Shown here piece by piece: positions 46,807 through 57,785 of a DNA stretch of 64,000 nucleotides. A program made the position numbers and the translations under genes. The DNA comes from Rebecca billardiae RCC1528 (lineage: Eukaryota > Protista > Haptophyta): positions 744,001 to 808,000 of the forward strand of contig OZ251233.1 of assembly GCA_965240325.2 (NCBI GenBank), in the 5' to 3' direction. Below the pieces are notes generated by a model. The model was not told the origin of the DNA. It worked only from the letters and a program-made list of their open reading frames with translations, and did no database searches. Position 1 is the stretch's first letter, and every line of letters begins with the position of its first letter.

Positions 46807-47491
46807 GAGCAAGCGCGGCGGCAAGCGAGGCAAGCCAAGCGTCGTGCAGCGTGGGCCGCTCCTTGTGACGCACCGCGGCATCTCGGGGCCCGCCGTGCTC
46901 AAGCTGAGCGCGCACGGCGCGCAGCACCTCGCGGCGATGGGCTACACGGGTACGCTCAGATTGAATCTCGTGCCCGAGCTGAGCGCTGCGGATGTGTCGT
47001 CGCAGCTGCGCGCGTTCCGGCAAGGGCCGCACCGGCAGAAGCAGGTGGGGACGCTCAACCCGTTCGGCGTGCCGCGACGGCTGTGGGCGGCGGTGCTCGC
47101 GGGCGACGCGGGCGGCGGCGACGCGCCCGAGGCCGCCGCGCTCGACGCGCGCCTCAAGTGGGAGCAGCTGAGCAACGCGGACGTGGCCGTGCTCGAGGCC
47201 AGGCTGTGCCGCGCGCCCCTGCGCTTCAAGGGGAAGGATGCCAACAAGGAGGAGTTCGTCACGTGCGGCGGGATCCGGCTGGGCGAGGTCGAGCTCAAGC
47301 GGATGGAGTCGAAGCTGACGCCGCGGCTCTTCTTCGCGGGCGAGCTGCTCGACATCGACGGCATCACCGGCGGGCACAACTTTCAGAGCTGCTGGACCAC
47401 CGGCTACGTCGCCGGCACGTCTGCCGCGCGTGCGGCCCTCGCCGCGCGCGCGGACCAAGGTCCTGCCGAGGCGTCCGGCGGCCAGAAGTGA
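45773..47491 (+). CDS. HI0933/BaiN-family NAD(P)/FAD-dependent flavoprotein
   Basis: YDVVVVGGGASG, RKVRISGGGRCNV, GRVFP, ILATG, LLVTHRGISGPAVLKLS, VTCGGI, MESK, LFFAGELLDIDGITGGHNFQ..WTTG. Confidence 0.96.
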
Positions 47492-47818
47492 GCAGATCGA
47501 CACGTACGGCGCGGGCATCGCGGTGAGGCGCGCGCACTGTCTCGTCATAAGCATCGTCGCCGGACGCCGGTCATCGCCTGCGACGCATGCTCGTCAGAGT
47601 CTGAACTGCTGGTTAGAGGGACCTGCACACCTGTGCAGGGGCGGGGTGGGGTCCTCGCCATCGTTCTGATCGAATCGTGCGACGACGCATCGACCTTCGC
47701 GCGTCACGGAACAGCTGCTTCAATCTCGGCGATCACCCGCGCCCGGACCAGTCGCCCTGCACGCGCCTCGACAGTCGACATCCGCCGCGTCTGGTCGGCA
47801 AACGCGCTCGTTGTGCGC

Positions 47819-50301
47819 ATGTCGTCGCTGTCGGTGCTCGTGGACGGCGGGCGGCGGGAGACGGTGCGCGTGACGCCGAACACGGCCTTGCGCGAAGTCA
47901 TCGACGAGGTGTGCAAGCGGCACAAGCTCGACCCAGCGGCGCACGCGCTGCGGCAAGAGCGCGCAAACGCGCCGCACCTGGACAGCTCGCTCGTCTTCCG
48001 CCTCTCTGGGCTGCCGAGCAACTGCCGCCTCGAGCTCGTGCGCGCCCGCCGCGCCACATCGACGGGCACCTGCCGCGTCGGCATCCAGCTCGACGACGGC
48101 TCGCGCCTCATCGGTACGTTCGACGTGGGCGCGACGCTGTCTGACGTGGCGGCGTGGTGCGACGCGCAGCCCGAGCTGGGCGGCCGCACGCTCGAGCGCG
48201 CCTTCTCGGTCGCGTCGAGCACGCTCGCGGGGGACGAGCAGCTGCGCGCAACCACGCTCGCTCGGCTCGGAGCCACGCCCGGGGGCTCGCTGCTGGTCCG
48301 CGCGCGCCGCGCCGCTCCGGCACTCGCGTCGGGCAGCGCTGCGGCGGCCGAGGCTCCGCCCGCGGCGCTGGCGAGCGCCGCCGCTGGCGCCGAGCCGTCC
48401 TCCACCGCCGAGGCGATGGACGTCGATCCCCCGCCGACTGCCCCGCCGCCTTCGGCCACACCCGCCCACGCAGGAGGCGCCGCTGCCAACGGCGCTGTCG
48501 CCGCGGGCAGCGCGGCGGCCACTGCCGCCGGCACACACGGTGCCGAGGCTGCCACTGCTGCCGGCGGCGCACAGGCGGACGCGGCGCATGCCGCGCTGCT
48601 CGCGCAAGCGCAAGCCGCGCTCGGCGTGGCACCCTGCGCCGCCCCGCCGCCGTCGGCGTGCGCGGGCGGCGGCAGCGCCCCCTCTGAGGCGGCGGCCCTG
48701 CAAGCCGCTGAGCGCGAGGCCTCAGGCCTTGGACAGCTGTTTGCGCAGCGCGCCTCGCTCGCGCCCGCGCTGCGCCGGCTGCGGCACTCGACGGGCGGCG
48801 GCGACGTGTGCGCGACGGCGTGCGCGACGCTCTGCCGCTACCTCTCCAACGTGATCCGCTCGCCGATCGAGCCCAAGTTCCGCCAGATCAACACCTCGAA
48901 CGCCGCATTCGCCGAGCGCATCGGCCGATTCGACGGTGGGATCGACGTGCTGTGCGCATGCGGATTCGTGCGCGCGGGCGCGGAGCTGCTCGAGCTGCCG
49001 CTGCCGCTGCTCGCGGGCGAGGGCGAGGCGTCGGCGGGCGTGCGCGTGCCCGACGCGCAGGCCGTCAGCTCGCAGCTCGAGGCGCTGGACGGCGCGCGCC
49101 AGACGATCGGCGCGGTCGGCGAGGCTGAGGCAAAGTCGGCCGCCGCCGCGCGCGAGGCGGCAAGCCTCGCGCAGGCCGCGCCGAGCGCGCCGCCCACCGG
49201 CCTGCCCTTCGCGCCCCCGCGCGCAGCGGCGCCGCCGCCCGCGCCCGCGCGCGCCGCGACCGGGCCCACGCTCACCATGACGGAGCGCCGCGTCGCCGAG
49301 CTGCGCGCGCGCACCGAGGCTGTGCGCGCGGACGCAAGTGTCGAGCGCCAGCCCACACTCTTCCGGACGACGGGCCGATCGCTGCAGGCGGCCATCGCCG
49401 CGGCGAACGCGCTGCCGGACGAGTTCTACGAGGTGGGCGCGAACGACCTGGCGTCGATCATGCCCGCGTCGCTCGGCAGCGAGGGCGGCAGCGCCGCGGG
49501 CGCTTCGGCCGCCGGTGGCGCCGCCGCCGCGGGCAGCAGCAGGGCGCGCGCAGCAGCGGCCGGCGGCGCCGGCGGCGCCGCCGGTGCGCAGATTCAGACC
49601 AAGGCGATGCGCGAGCTGGCGAGGCTGCAGAGCGCGCCCAAGTACACCGTGACGGTTGTGCGCGTGCGCATCTCCGCCGACGTGCTCCTCCAGCTGCGCT
49701 TCCACCCGCAGGAGCCGGTGGGCGCGCTCGCCCGGCTGCTGGCCACCGAGTTCCTGGAGCCGCCCGACGCGCCCGCGCCCGTCACCATCCGCCTGAACAC
49801 GACGCCGCCGATGCGCGTGCTCGACCAGGCGCGCTCGTTCGCCCAGCAGGAGCTCGTGCCCGCCGCGCTCGTGCACGCGAGCTGGGAGGCGCCGGGCGGG
49901 GCCCAGGCCGGCGGCGCGCCCCCGCTCGCGCTGAGGCCGGACAAACTCGGTGCGCGCTGCGCTGCGCCCACCACGTGCCACGCGCGCCCCGCGCGGCAGC
50001 TGCACCCGGCGACCTGCGCCCCAGGCCCGCGCGTGTGGCCGCTGAGGTGCCCTCGCGCGTGCGCGCCGTGCGCTGTGCGTGACCGCCGATCGGCGCAGAG
50101 ATGATCACCGAGCTGCCGTCGGAGGCGGACGCACCGCACGCAGAGCGCGAGCAGGCTGGCGCAGCCTCGCGATTGCACGGCCAGTCCGCGGCGGCGGCGG
50201 CGGCTGAGAAGCGCGCCAGCAGCGGCGGCGGTGCTGGCGGCAGCGGCGGCGGTGCGAGCGGCGGTGGCAAGATGTCCAAGCCCAAGTGGTTCAAGATGTG
50301 A
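47819..50301 (+). CDS. TUG/ASPSCR1-PUX1-like p97/Cdc48 adaptor (UBL, UBL, PUB, UBX), 2 exons
   Basis: N-terminal TUG-UBL1 (VRVTPNTALREVIDEVCKR...LDSSLVFRLSGLPSNCRLEL). PUB domain (YLSNVIRSPIEPKFRQINTSNAAF..RI...GG..VL..CGF). PDEFYEV...TKAMRE...YTVTVVRVR..LQLRFHPQE UBX region. C-terminal KPKWFKM*. Intron 49950-50098. Confidence 0.88.
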
Positions 50302-50464
50302 ACGGACGGGCGGGTGAACGGGCTGCTGCGCGCCGTGGCTCATACAGACGATCGCCTCGGGCAGGGCGCGAGCCATCTGCTCTCACGAGATGGCGCCGCG
50401 ATGAACTTGCCTTGGGCTTGGCCTGATGACATGCCGAACATCAACCTACTATCGGCTATTAGAC

Positions 50465-50559
50465 TACAGTTTACTATGTTTTAACGTGCACACTTGGTTA
50501 AGGCGTGATTGACGCCATCCAACACTGCACAAAGACACCGCCACAAAACAGACCGGCGC
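50465..50559. mobile_element. Non-autonomous TE terminus (TA-CAGTTTACTATG...), copy B
   Basis: 95/95 identical, in inverted orientation, to 45639-45733. It begins TA-CAGT. Confidence 0.6.
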
Positions 50560-50834
50560 TTAGTATTGACATCCGCACATCCGGGCTCCGGCCGCGCGAT
50601 TTATTTGTATACGTACACGCTGTAGATAGCAGCTAGCTAGTCGTCCAGACGACAATGATGATCAACGAGTAGCAGCGCATGACCTATAGCAGCTACCGTA
50701 CCCACTGTGGCAGTCTCAGTCTGTCCCACTCCTGGCAGCGGTCTCCCTAGCCCCTGCGGATGACCGATGAGCCCGACTCGCTGCGACGCCGGGCGCATCA
50801 CCATGCTGTCCACTCGTAACGTCTGACAGGACCA

Positions 50835-51994
50835 TCACGACAGCTCGAGGCGCTCGCGGATCGCCTCTGGGGTCAGCGTGCGCGTCGTCGTGCAGAACTC
50901 GCAGCGCACCTCGACCTTGTCGTTCTCCTCGATGATCTCGCGCACCTCCGACTTGGGCAGCAGCGCGAGCGTGCGCCACACGCGCTCCTCTGAGCAGCAC
51001 TCCTGCAGGGTGGGCGTGCGCGCGTCAAAGAACTGCGGCTCCAGGCCGGCCATCAGCTGCTCGAGGATGTCGCGCGGGCGCATGCCGTTCTGCACCATCT
51101 TGGTGGGGGAGAGGTCGGCGATCGCGGCGAGGTTCGCCTCGAGCTGCGAGATCGCCGCCTCGTCGGCGAAGGGCAGCAGGTGCACGTGCCAGCCGCAGGA
51201 GGCTGACACGCCGGAGCCGCCGTCCGTCGCCTGGCCGTCGACAAACACACCCGCAGCCAGCGCGCCCTGCTTCTGCTCCGAGTCCGCCAGCCCTGCGCCG
51301 ACGTGTCGCGCGGTGCAGCGCGCCGTTCGTACCGCGGCCAGAACTCAGCACGCGCGCCGCGCGGAGGCGCACGGGCGCGCGCCCATGGCGCGCGCGGCGG
51401 GCGCGGGCGCGCACAGTAGTTGATGTCCTCGGCCACCTCGCCCGACTGCAGCTCGGTGATCGAGTTGTACACCGAGGGCGTGGTCTCGCCGGGGAGCTGC
51501 TTTGTGCGCACGACGAAGAGCTGCCCCTTCCCAACCCCCGCGCCCACGTCCAGCTTGCCGTTCGGCTTGAGGTCGAGGTTGATCTTGGGGTTACCCACAT
51601 AGCCCTTCACCTGCAGCTGGCCGTTGGCAATCGCCAGCACGCCGCGCAGCGGGCCGTCGCCGTTGAAGCGCAGCTGGATGCTCTCCTCGCCCTTGATGCC
51701 GTCCGCGCACAGTATGCTACACGTCAGCGCACGCCCGAGCGCGGCCGATGCGAGCGGCAGGCAGCCCTGCTTGCTCGTGACGGTGTGCACGAGGTCTGTG
51801 GTGATGACCGCCTTGGCTGCGACCGAGCCGTCGGCTGAGATGCAGCTGAGGAACTCGTCCCCGGAGGCGGCGGCCACCACCCGCGCTCGAAATGCGGAGG
51901 CGCGCCCGGCCGGCGGGGCTGTCGGCACGCCTCTGTGGGCGTAGGCCGCGCCTGAGACGGATGAGAGTGCCGCCAGCAAGACGATGCACGCCAT
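50835..51994 (-). CDS. hslO: Hsp33 redox-regulated chaperone, probably plastid-targeted, 2 exons
   Basis: PLASAALGRALT, QLRFNGDGPLRG, VKGYVGNP, GKLDVGAGVGKG, SGEVAEDINY-WLADSEQ (intron 51293-51414), CCS...VEVRCEFC. Signal plus transit-like N-terminus. Confidence 0.93.
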
Positions 51995-52372
51995 CCTAGA
52001 ATCCTCGTGGACGGACCGAGCTGCCCAGGCCGGGAAGCTTCTGGCGGGTTGCCTCGCCCTGGCGCTGGCGGGTTGAGACCCCGCCTTTTCTGACGAGCTC
52101 CGCGCTGGCGCGGCGTCGCCAGAAAATCGACGTCGCGGAGATGAAACGGCTGGGTCTCAATCAGCCAGGCCCCGGCGCTGCTCACGAGGGCGTGTTCGTC
52201 TAGCGGTACTGTATTCATCTCACTTTCGGCGGTTGACTTTTCAGCATCACTGCAGGCTTTTTTTGCGCCGCGCGACAGCTGCGAACGCGGTCGACGACGA
52301 ATATGCGCGTGGCGACGTGCTACAGACTGTCACCAGCACTGAGAGGCTGCTATATGCTTGCGCGCTGGCAGA

Positions 52373-53476
52373 TCAGATGCGCAATTGGGGGAGTCGGACG
52401 ATGCCCGCCGCACGCTCGTCATTGCGGCTGCCGCCGAGCAGCGCGCGCAGCCCGGCGCTGCCAGGCTGCGGCGCCGACTGCGGCGCCGACGCCGACGGAG
52501 ACGGTCGATCGGCAGACCACACGCCAGGCGTGCCGAGCACGGCGGCTGCGACCTCGCGGACGACGGGCAGGCCCCGGCGGTAGATACGCTCGCTGAGCCG
52601 ATCGCGACTGAGCGCGCAGATCATGTTGTGCGCGAGCGGCAGCGGCGTGCTGTCGAGGGCGACATACACGGAGCCCCAGCCCACCTGCTCCAGCTGCGCT
52701 GCCATGGCGCGCTCGCGCTCGCCGAGACGCGCGTTGCGCTCGACGTCGATCGCCGCGGAGGGGGCGGGGACCATCCAGTCCTTCGCGTAGTTGGCGAAGA
52801 GCACGCGCCTGTCGAACCGGCGCAGGCACTCGAGGTGCGCCTCCGAGACCAGCCGGTCGAGCACGTCGTTCCGCAGGAAGAGGTCGCGCGCGGTCTGGCC
52901 GACGACGAGCGGCGCGAGCGGCTGCACGGGCGGCGGCACCCAGAAGAGCGAGCGGACGCCGAGGTGCGGGGAGGCGATGGTGACGAACGACGCGGGGACG
53001 AGCCCGGCGACCCGCGCGCCACTGCCCAGCCCGGCTGGCCCGTCGTCGAGCAGCCGCACGGCCTCGCGCACGTAGAGGCCGCCGAGCGAGTTTCCGACGA
53101 ACGAGATGGTGCGCAGCGACGGCTGCTCGGCGGCGACCAGGCGCACCTCGCGCGCGAGGCGCTGGGCGCCTGCGATGACGCCATCGCGCGTGCGCCCTTC
53201 GTTCGATGCGATCGCGAGCGGCAGGCATGTCGGATCGCGCGCGCGCAGCTCGCGCTCGAGTGCGGCCAGGTCGCGCCGCGTGCCGCTCAGACCGTGCGCG
53301 AGGACGATGAGGTGCGTCGGCGAGGAGACGGACGCGCGCGGACCAGCCGACTGCGCGCCAGGACGTCCGAGCGCCCAGCTTGCACCACGCGCAGCTGCGG
53401 CAGCGCCCACCCCCGCCATGAGCACCACAGCAAGCGAGCGACGCGCTGCTGCGTGCGTCGCGTCCGATGACGCCAT
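52373..53476 (-). CDS. DUF676 (ROG1-like) alpha/beta-hydrolase, putative lipase
   Basis: THLIVLAHGLSG, T.DGV..GA.RLA.EV, ISFVGNSLGGLYVR, FVTIASPHLG, F..RVLFAN...DWMV, HNMI. Confidence 0.9.
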   Translation of the reverse strand: MASSDATHAAARRSLAVVLMAGVGAAAAARGASWALGRPGAQSAGPRASVSSPTHLIVLAHGLSGTRRDLAALERELRARDPTCLPLAIASNEGRTRDGVIAGAQRLAREVRLVAAEQPSLRTISFVGNSLGGLYVREAVRLLDDGPAGLGSGARVAGLVPASFVTIASPHLGVRSLFWVPPPVQPLAPLVVGQTARDLFLRNDVLDRLVSEAHLECLRRFDRRVLFANYAKDWMVPAPSAAIDVERNARLGERERAMAAQLEQVGWGSVYVALDSTPLPLAHNMICALSRDRLSERIYRRGLPVVREVAAAVLGTPGVWSADRPSPSASAPQSAPQPGSAGLRALLGGSRNDERAAGIVRLPQLRI

Positions 53477-53551
53477 CGCTGAGCAAGCGGGAGGACCCAG
53501 ATTTCTGGATATCCCGATTTGCTGAGAATTCCAGCATTCGACGCGCGGGAT

Positions 53552-53700
53552 CCCAGCGCCGCTCGCTCGCGATCCCGCGCGGGCCGAGGTGAAAGAGGCG
53601 TCCGCCACTCCAAGCGAGAGGCACGGCCCCCAGCGCCGGCTTCGCGATCCCGGGAAGGACCACTCGAAAGAGGCGTCCGCCACTCCGCACGCGAGAGGGA
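53552..53700. repeat. Two ~75-bp direct repeats in divergent intergenic/promoter region
   Basis: GAAAGAGGCGTCCGCCACTCC is exact at 53591 and 53666. Both copies share flanking CCCAGCGCCG, TCGCGATCCCG and GCGAGAGG. Confidence 0.75.
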
Positions 53701-53709
53701 CAGCACGGC

Positions 53710-54066
53710 ATGGGCCTCACACACACACCAACATCGCACGCGGGCTACCAGGGTGGGGACCATGGCTACGCGCACGGCTCGCACGAGATTGCAGAGATCA
53801 TGCGGGACCACCCCGAGAAGGTCAACTACTGGGACTACGTCGAGCATCCGCAATACTTTGCGGACTATTGGGGCGTGAATAAGCAGTTCATTCCTGGCTT
53901 CTTGCAGGCGGGGCTGCAGTACACGGGACTGATCGACGGCCAGGCCATCGACACCCACCCAGACGTGGAGATCGGCACCGGTTTCGCGGCTGTGGCCAGT
54001 GGCGAGCCGGCCCACGCGGCAGCGGCGGCCGAGCCAACTGGCACCGACATCATCGTGTCGCGATGA
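53710..54066 (+). CDS. Small (118 aa) protein of unknown function
   Basis: ATG ORF with non-low-complexity, aromatic-rich sequence (VNYWDYVEHPQYFADYWGVNKQFIPGFLQAGLQYTGLIDG) and GC3-biased codons. Confidence 0.6.
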   Translation: MGLTHTPTSHAGYQGGDHGYAHGSHEIAEIMRDHPEKVNYWDYVEHPQYFADYWGVNKQFIPGFLQAGLQYTGLIDGQAIDTHPDVEIGTGFAAVASGEPAHAAAAAEPTGTDIIVSR

Positions 54067-54747
54067 TGTGCGACGTGTCGAGTGCACAGGAGAACCTCGA
54101 GGCGCTCGCCTGACCGGCGAGACAGGGTGCACGCACGTGGTGCTGGGTAAGGCAGCGTCTATTGCGCCTACGATTGTACCTACGGCGGGCCTCAGCACGG
54201 GCAAGACGCGCCACCGCTCGCGCTCGTGCTCACCGCTGCCTGTGCCGATGTGCCGTGAGCGTCGGTCTGATCAATGATGCCGATGGCAAGTCGTCAGCTG
54301 CGCCCTGCCAGCAGGAGCAGGGAGGATCCGCGCCGCGCCGACTGACCGAGTCACCGACTCGGCAGCCGCCTCTCTCACACTTTACTGAGTGAAGCCTGAG
54401 TCTGATTCGTGCGGGCGGCACGACTCACGACAGCAGCCAGCCGGCCAGACTTGCGTGTGAAGAGAGATAGAGAGCATGACAACGACATATGTCGAGGCGG
54501 AGCCCACATAGGTGGCAGCCGCCGACACGTCGTGGCAACGTTTTGTCTCCTGGGATCTGTGCTGGCTGTAGTCAGGCAGAGGCTGTAACCGGTCTCATCC
54601 ACATCCACGGAACAGTCCGGGAAGCACTGCGCCACTGCAGCAGGACTGAGCGTGTCCTGAAGCGGCATCCAACGATTCGCGCGCCCACAAACGGCGCGAG
54701 CACGAGCCTCAGCCCGTCGGACCCCGCACTCCCGCCTCAACCCGGCC

Positions 54748-56082
54748 ATGCCCATCGACGTCCTCGACCACGACTACTCGACGCCGGATAAGATGGTTCG
54801 CGTCGAGCTGCTGGAGAAGGAGAGCCATTGGGGCTACGCTGTCGTCCCGCCGATCACCACCATCACGTTCTACAAGGGCACGGCGCCCGTCCACGCCATC
54901 CAGCGCCGACTCGTCGCCATCATCTCCGCCAACCCGTGGCTGGCTGGCTGGCTGATCAAGCCGAAGGGCTCGAAGAAGGTGATGCTCGAGTACGCGCCGG
55001 ATACGACCGGGCACGACAACGGCGCCTGGGTCCTCTCACGTGTCTTCTCCCAGACGCCCACGACGGGAAGCGAGGTGCACGATTCCATGCCGTACACGAG
55101 CCTCGCGCACTCGCTCGAGAGCGCGGGCGCACTCGTGCCCAAAGCGAGCCAGCGCTTCAACAAGCCCGACGAGACGCTGCTGCGCGTGAGTCTTCTCAAG
55201 GATGCGCGTGCTCCCCACGCCGGCTTCGCGCTCGTCGTCTCCATGTGCCACATCGCCGCGGACGGGCAGACGTACTACAGCATCGTCAATCAGCTCTCGG
55301 CAAGCGCCAAGGTGGCCGCGCTCTCGCCCACGCGCAAGCACGACTTCAGCGCGAGCGTGACGGAGTACGTGGGCCAGCGGGAGCGTTCTCTCTTGTTCGG
55401 GCTACCCACGCTCGTGAACGCGCTGGGCACCGTGACCTTCGGCGGGGCGCCCAAGGTCCTGGCCTACGAGGTGGACACCGCCAAGGTGAAGGCGGCGAAG
55501 AAGGCGGCGGCCAGCGCGATGGACGGCATCCCCTTCGTCTCGACCAACGACGTGCTCACGTCCGCCATCGGCCGGCAGGTTGGCGCCGACATACTCATCA
55601 TGGCCATCAACTTCCGTGGGCGTATGCCCTTCCTCCAAGGCACCGATGCCGGCAATTACGAGAGCGGCATCATCTACCGTGCGGACGACTATGCGTCTCC
55701 GGCACTCATCCGCAAGTCGCTGCTGGGCGCGAACGGAGGCACACGCATCGTGCGCGCAGCGCGCGCGCCACCGACGCGGCTGCCGCACTCCCTCGCCGCA
55801 TGCGTCGGGCGGCGCGGCATGATCACCAACTGGTCCACATTCGCCGCGGAGGACGGGATCGTGCTCGAGGGGTGCGAGCAGACGCTGCACCTCCCCTTCT
55901 ACGCGCTCTCGGCCGTGCCGCACGACGTGGCGGTTATCTTCAGCCCGCAGCCGCGCCGCCTCGGCGTGCTCCTCTTCACACGCGCGATGACAGCACAGCC
56001 CAAAGAGGGAAACCCGTTCACGCGAAAGGATAGCCCTTTTGGCGCGCCGCTGTCCCCAGCGGCCATGTTTGAGCAGCAGTAG
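54748..56082 (+). CDS. CoA-dependent acyltransferase (HXXXD, BAHD/CAT-like fold)
   Basis: IISANPWLAGWL, LVVSMCHIAADGQTYY (HXXXD), FVSTNDVLTS, MAINFRGR..AGNY, ITNW. Confidence 0.8.
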   Translation: MPIDVLDHDYSTPDKMVRVELLEKESHWGYAVVPPITTITFYKGTAPVHAIQRRLVAIISANPWLAGWLIKPKGSKKVMLEYAPDTTGHDNGAWVLSRVFSQTPTTGSEVHDSMPYTSLAHSLESAGALVPKASQRFNKPDETLLRVSLLKDARAPHAGFALVVSMCHIAADGQTYYSIVNQLSASAKVAALSPTRKHDFSASVTEYVGQRERSLLFGLPTLVNALGTVTFGGAPKVLAYEVDTAKVKAAKKAAASAMDGIPFVSTNDVLTSAIGRQVGADILIMAINFRGRMPFLQGTDAGNYESGIIYRADDYASPALIRKSLLGANGGTRIVRAARAPPTRLPHSLAACVGRRGMITNWSTFAAEDGIVLEGCEQTLHLPFYALSAVPHDVAVIFSPQPRRLGVLLFTRAMTAQPKEGNPFTRKDSPFGAPLSPAAMFEQQ

Positions 56083-57785
56083 CATCATCACCTGCAGCAG
56101 ACACATATATGTCGATCATCATCGTCACGCACGCGCTTCCGCCGCCGTGCGAGGCACGCTGGCGTACTCTCCGCCACCGCACGTCCGGCATCGTCCGGCC
56201 AGCGATGGCGCATCAGTCGTCAGCGCCCTCCGTCTTGAGCTTTGTTATTTGGGACCACTGATTATCCTACGCCGACGACCAATAGCGCTCGTTGTCATTG
56301 TATTTTTCATTTATACTAATGACGACGAGACGGTTCTGACGACGCGGACAACGACCGCGCGGACAGTCGGCGCCTCTCAGACTCGTCGGACTGAGAGTGA
56401 GACTCGGACTGACTGTCCGAGACTCAGAGTGAGACGGACTCTGCATGCGACCATGATCAGCACTGTATCATGTTGCCTACTCGTGATGATGCTGATGACG
56501 ATCCGCGCAGATGAATCATCTGCCGCCCGCTGTATATATTTGCTGAAGACCGCAGCAGACTCATTATCATCACTACGACTGCTACTCTGCGTGCTAGTAT
56601 CGCGCGCACGCGTGCCGCCGGGCCGGGCCGCACGGCCACGGCGCAATGGTTGGCGCACCGTTGACGGCACTGTGACTGACCGTCCGCGAGGCGTCAGAGT
56701 CAGACACAGTCGTCTAAAAGATTATTCAATATTATTAGTGAGTCGTCAAGCAGAGTCCGTACTCCGTGGGCTTCGGCCGGCCTCGATCGCTGGTGGCAGC
56801 CTTAGTTAGGAGCCGGTCAGTGTGGCCGCCTGCTTATTAGCATGCGGCAGTGATGATGGCACCGGTGCACAATTATTGAGGACGAGCATCACTGTGACAC
56901 TGCGACTGCGACGGCGCGGTAGTAGTGTCCGAGGCGGGGGCTCGGCAGCCTCGGCCTCGGGACCTCGGGTGACGGGTCTCGAGAGCGGGCCGTCGGGAGC
57001 CGGGGCCGGGTCGGCCCGGCCGCCCGGCCCCGGCGCCCGGGGCCGGGACCGGGAGGGCGGGACCCGGGGAGGCCGGGACTTGGGCGGACTCACTCTCAGA
57101 GTCAGACGGGAGCGGTCGACTGGGTCCCTTACAGTCTTATTACAGTTACTCACCGGCGGGCCCGGGCCCGGGAAGCAGCCAGGCGGCCCCGATGAGGCCG
57201 CGGGCGCGCAACCCGGAGTGACGAGCAGTCATCGGAGACGGGTCAGGAACGTCCGACCAACGTGAACGGGTCATACGGGATTACGGCCTACGGCCCTACG
57301 AGTACGAGATGAATGAATTGAATATATTTACGGGGCCGCCCGGGGCCGGTCCGACCAACCTGAACTGTGGCATCATATCATCGACTACAATACTATGATG
57401 CTGAGCCCGAGGTCACCCACTGCTCAGCTGGGACTGCGTCAGTCAACGGTGTCTTAGTGAGCCACCACTGCCTCGTCGGCTCGTCCGGAAACTCGGTGAC
57501 GCGGCCCCGCGCCCGCGGGCGCGGCGCCGAGTTGCCCGTTAGGCGTTACTAGTGATACTACGCCTTAGCTACGGGCTTACGCGGACCGCGCAGCCGTACT
57601 CACTACAGTATTATCGATTCAGGCCGCGGCTGCTGGCGCGCTCGTATGTGCTGAGCCCCAGGCCCAGGACTGCCAGCGCCACTGCTGCTCACTATGAGCG
57701 CAAAGTGATGCGGGGCGCGGGCAGCGTGGTCGCTGAATGCAGCAGCGGAGGATGGTTGCGATCCCCTACCTGCGCAGGTGCGGAT

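Noticed and set aside
45639-50559. Pack-type transposon carrying the two genes between TIRs
   Set aside because: There is no TSD at the outer ends, the left copy continues outward into its own tandem repeat, and the TA-CAGT termini are on the inner side.
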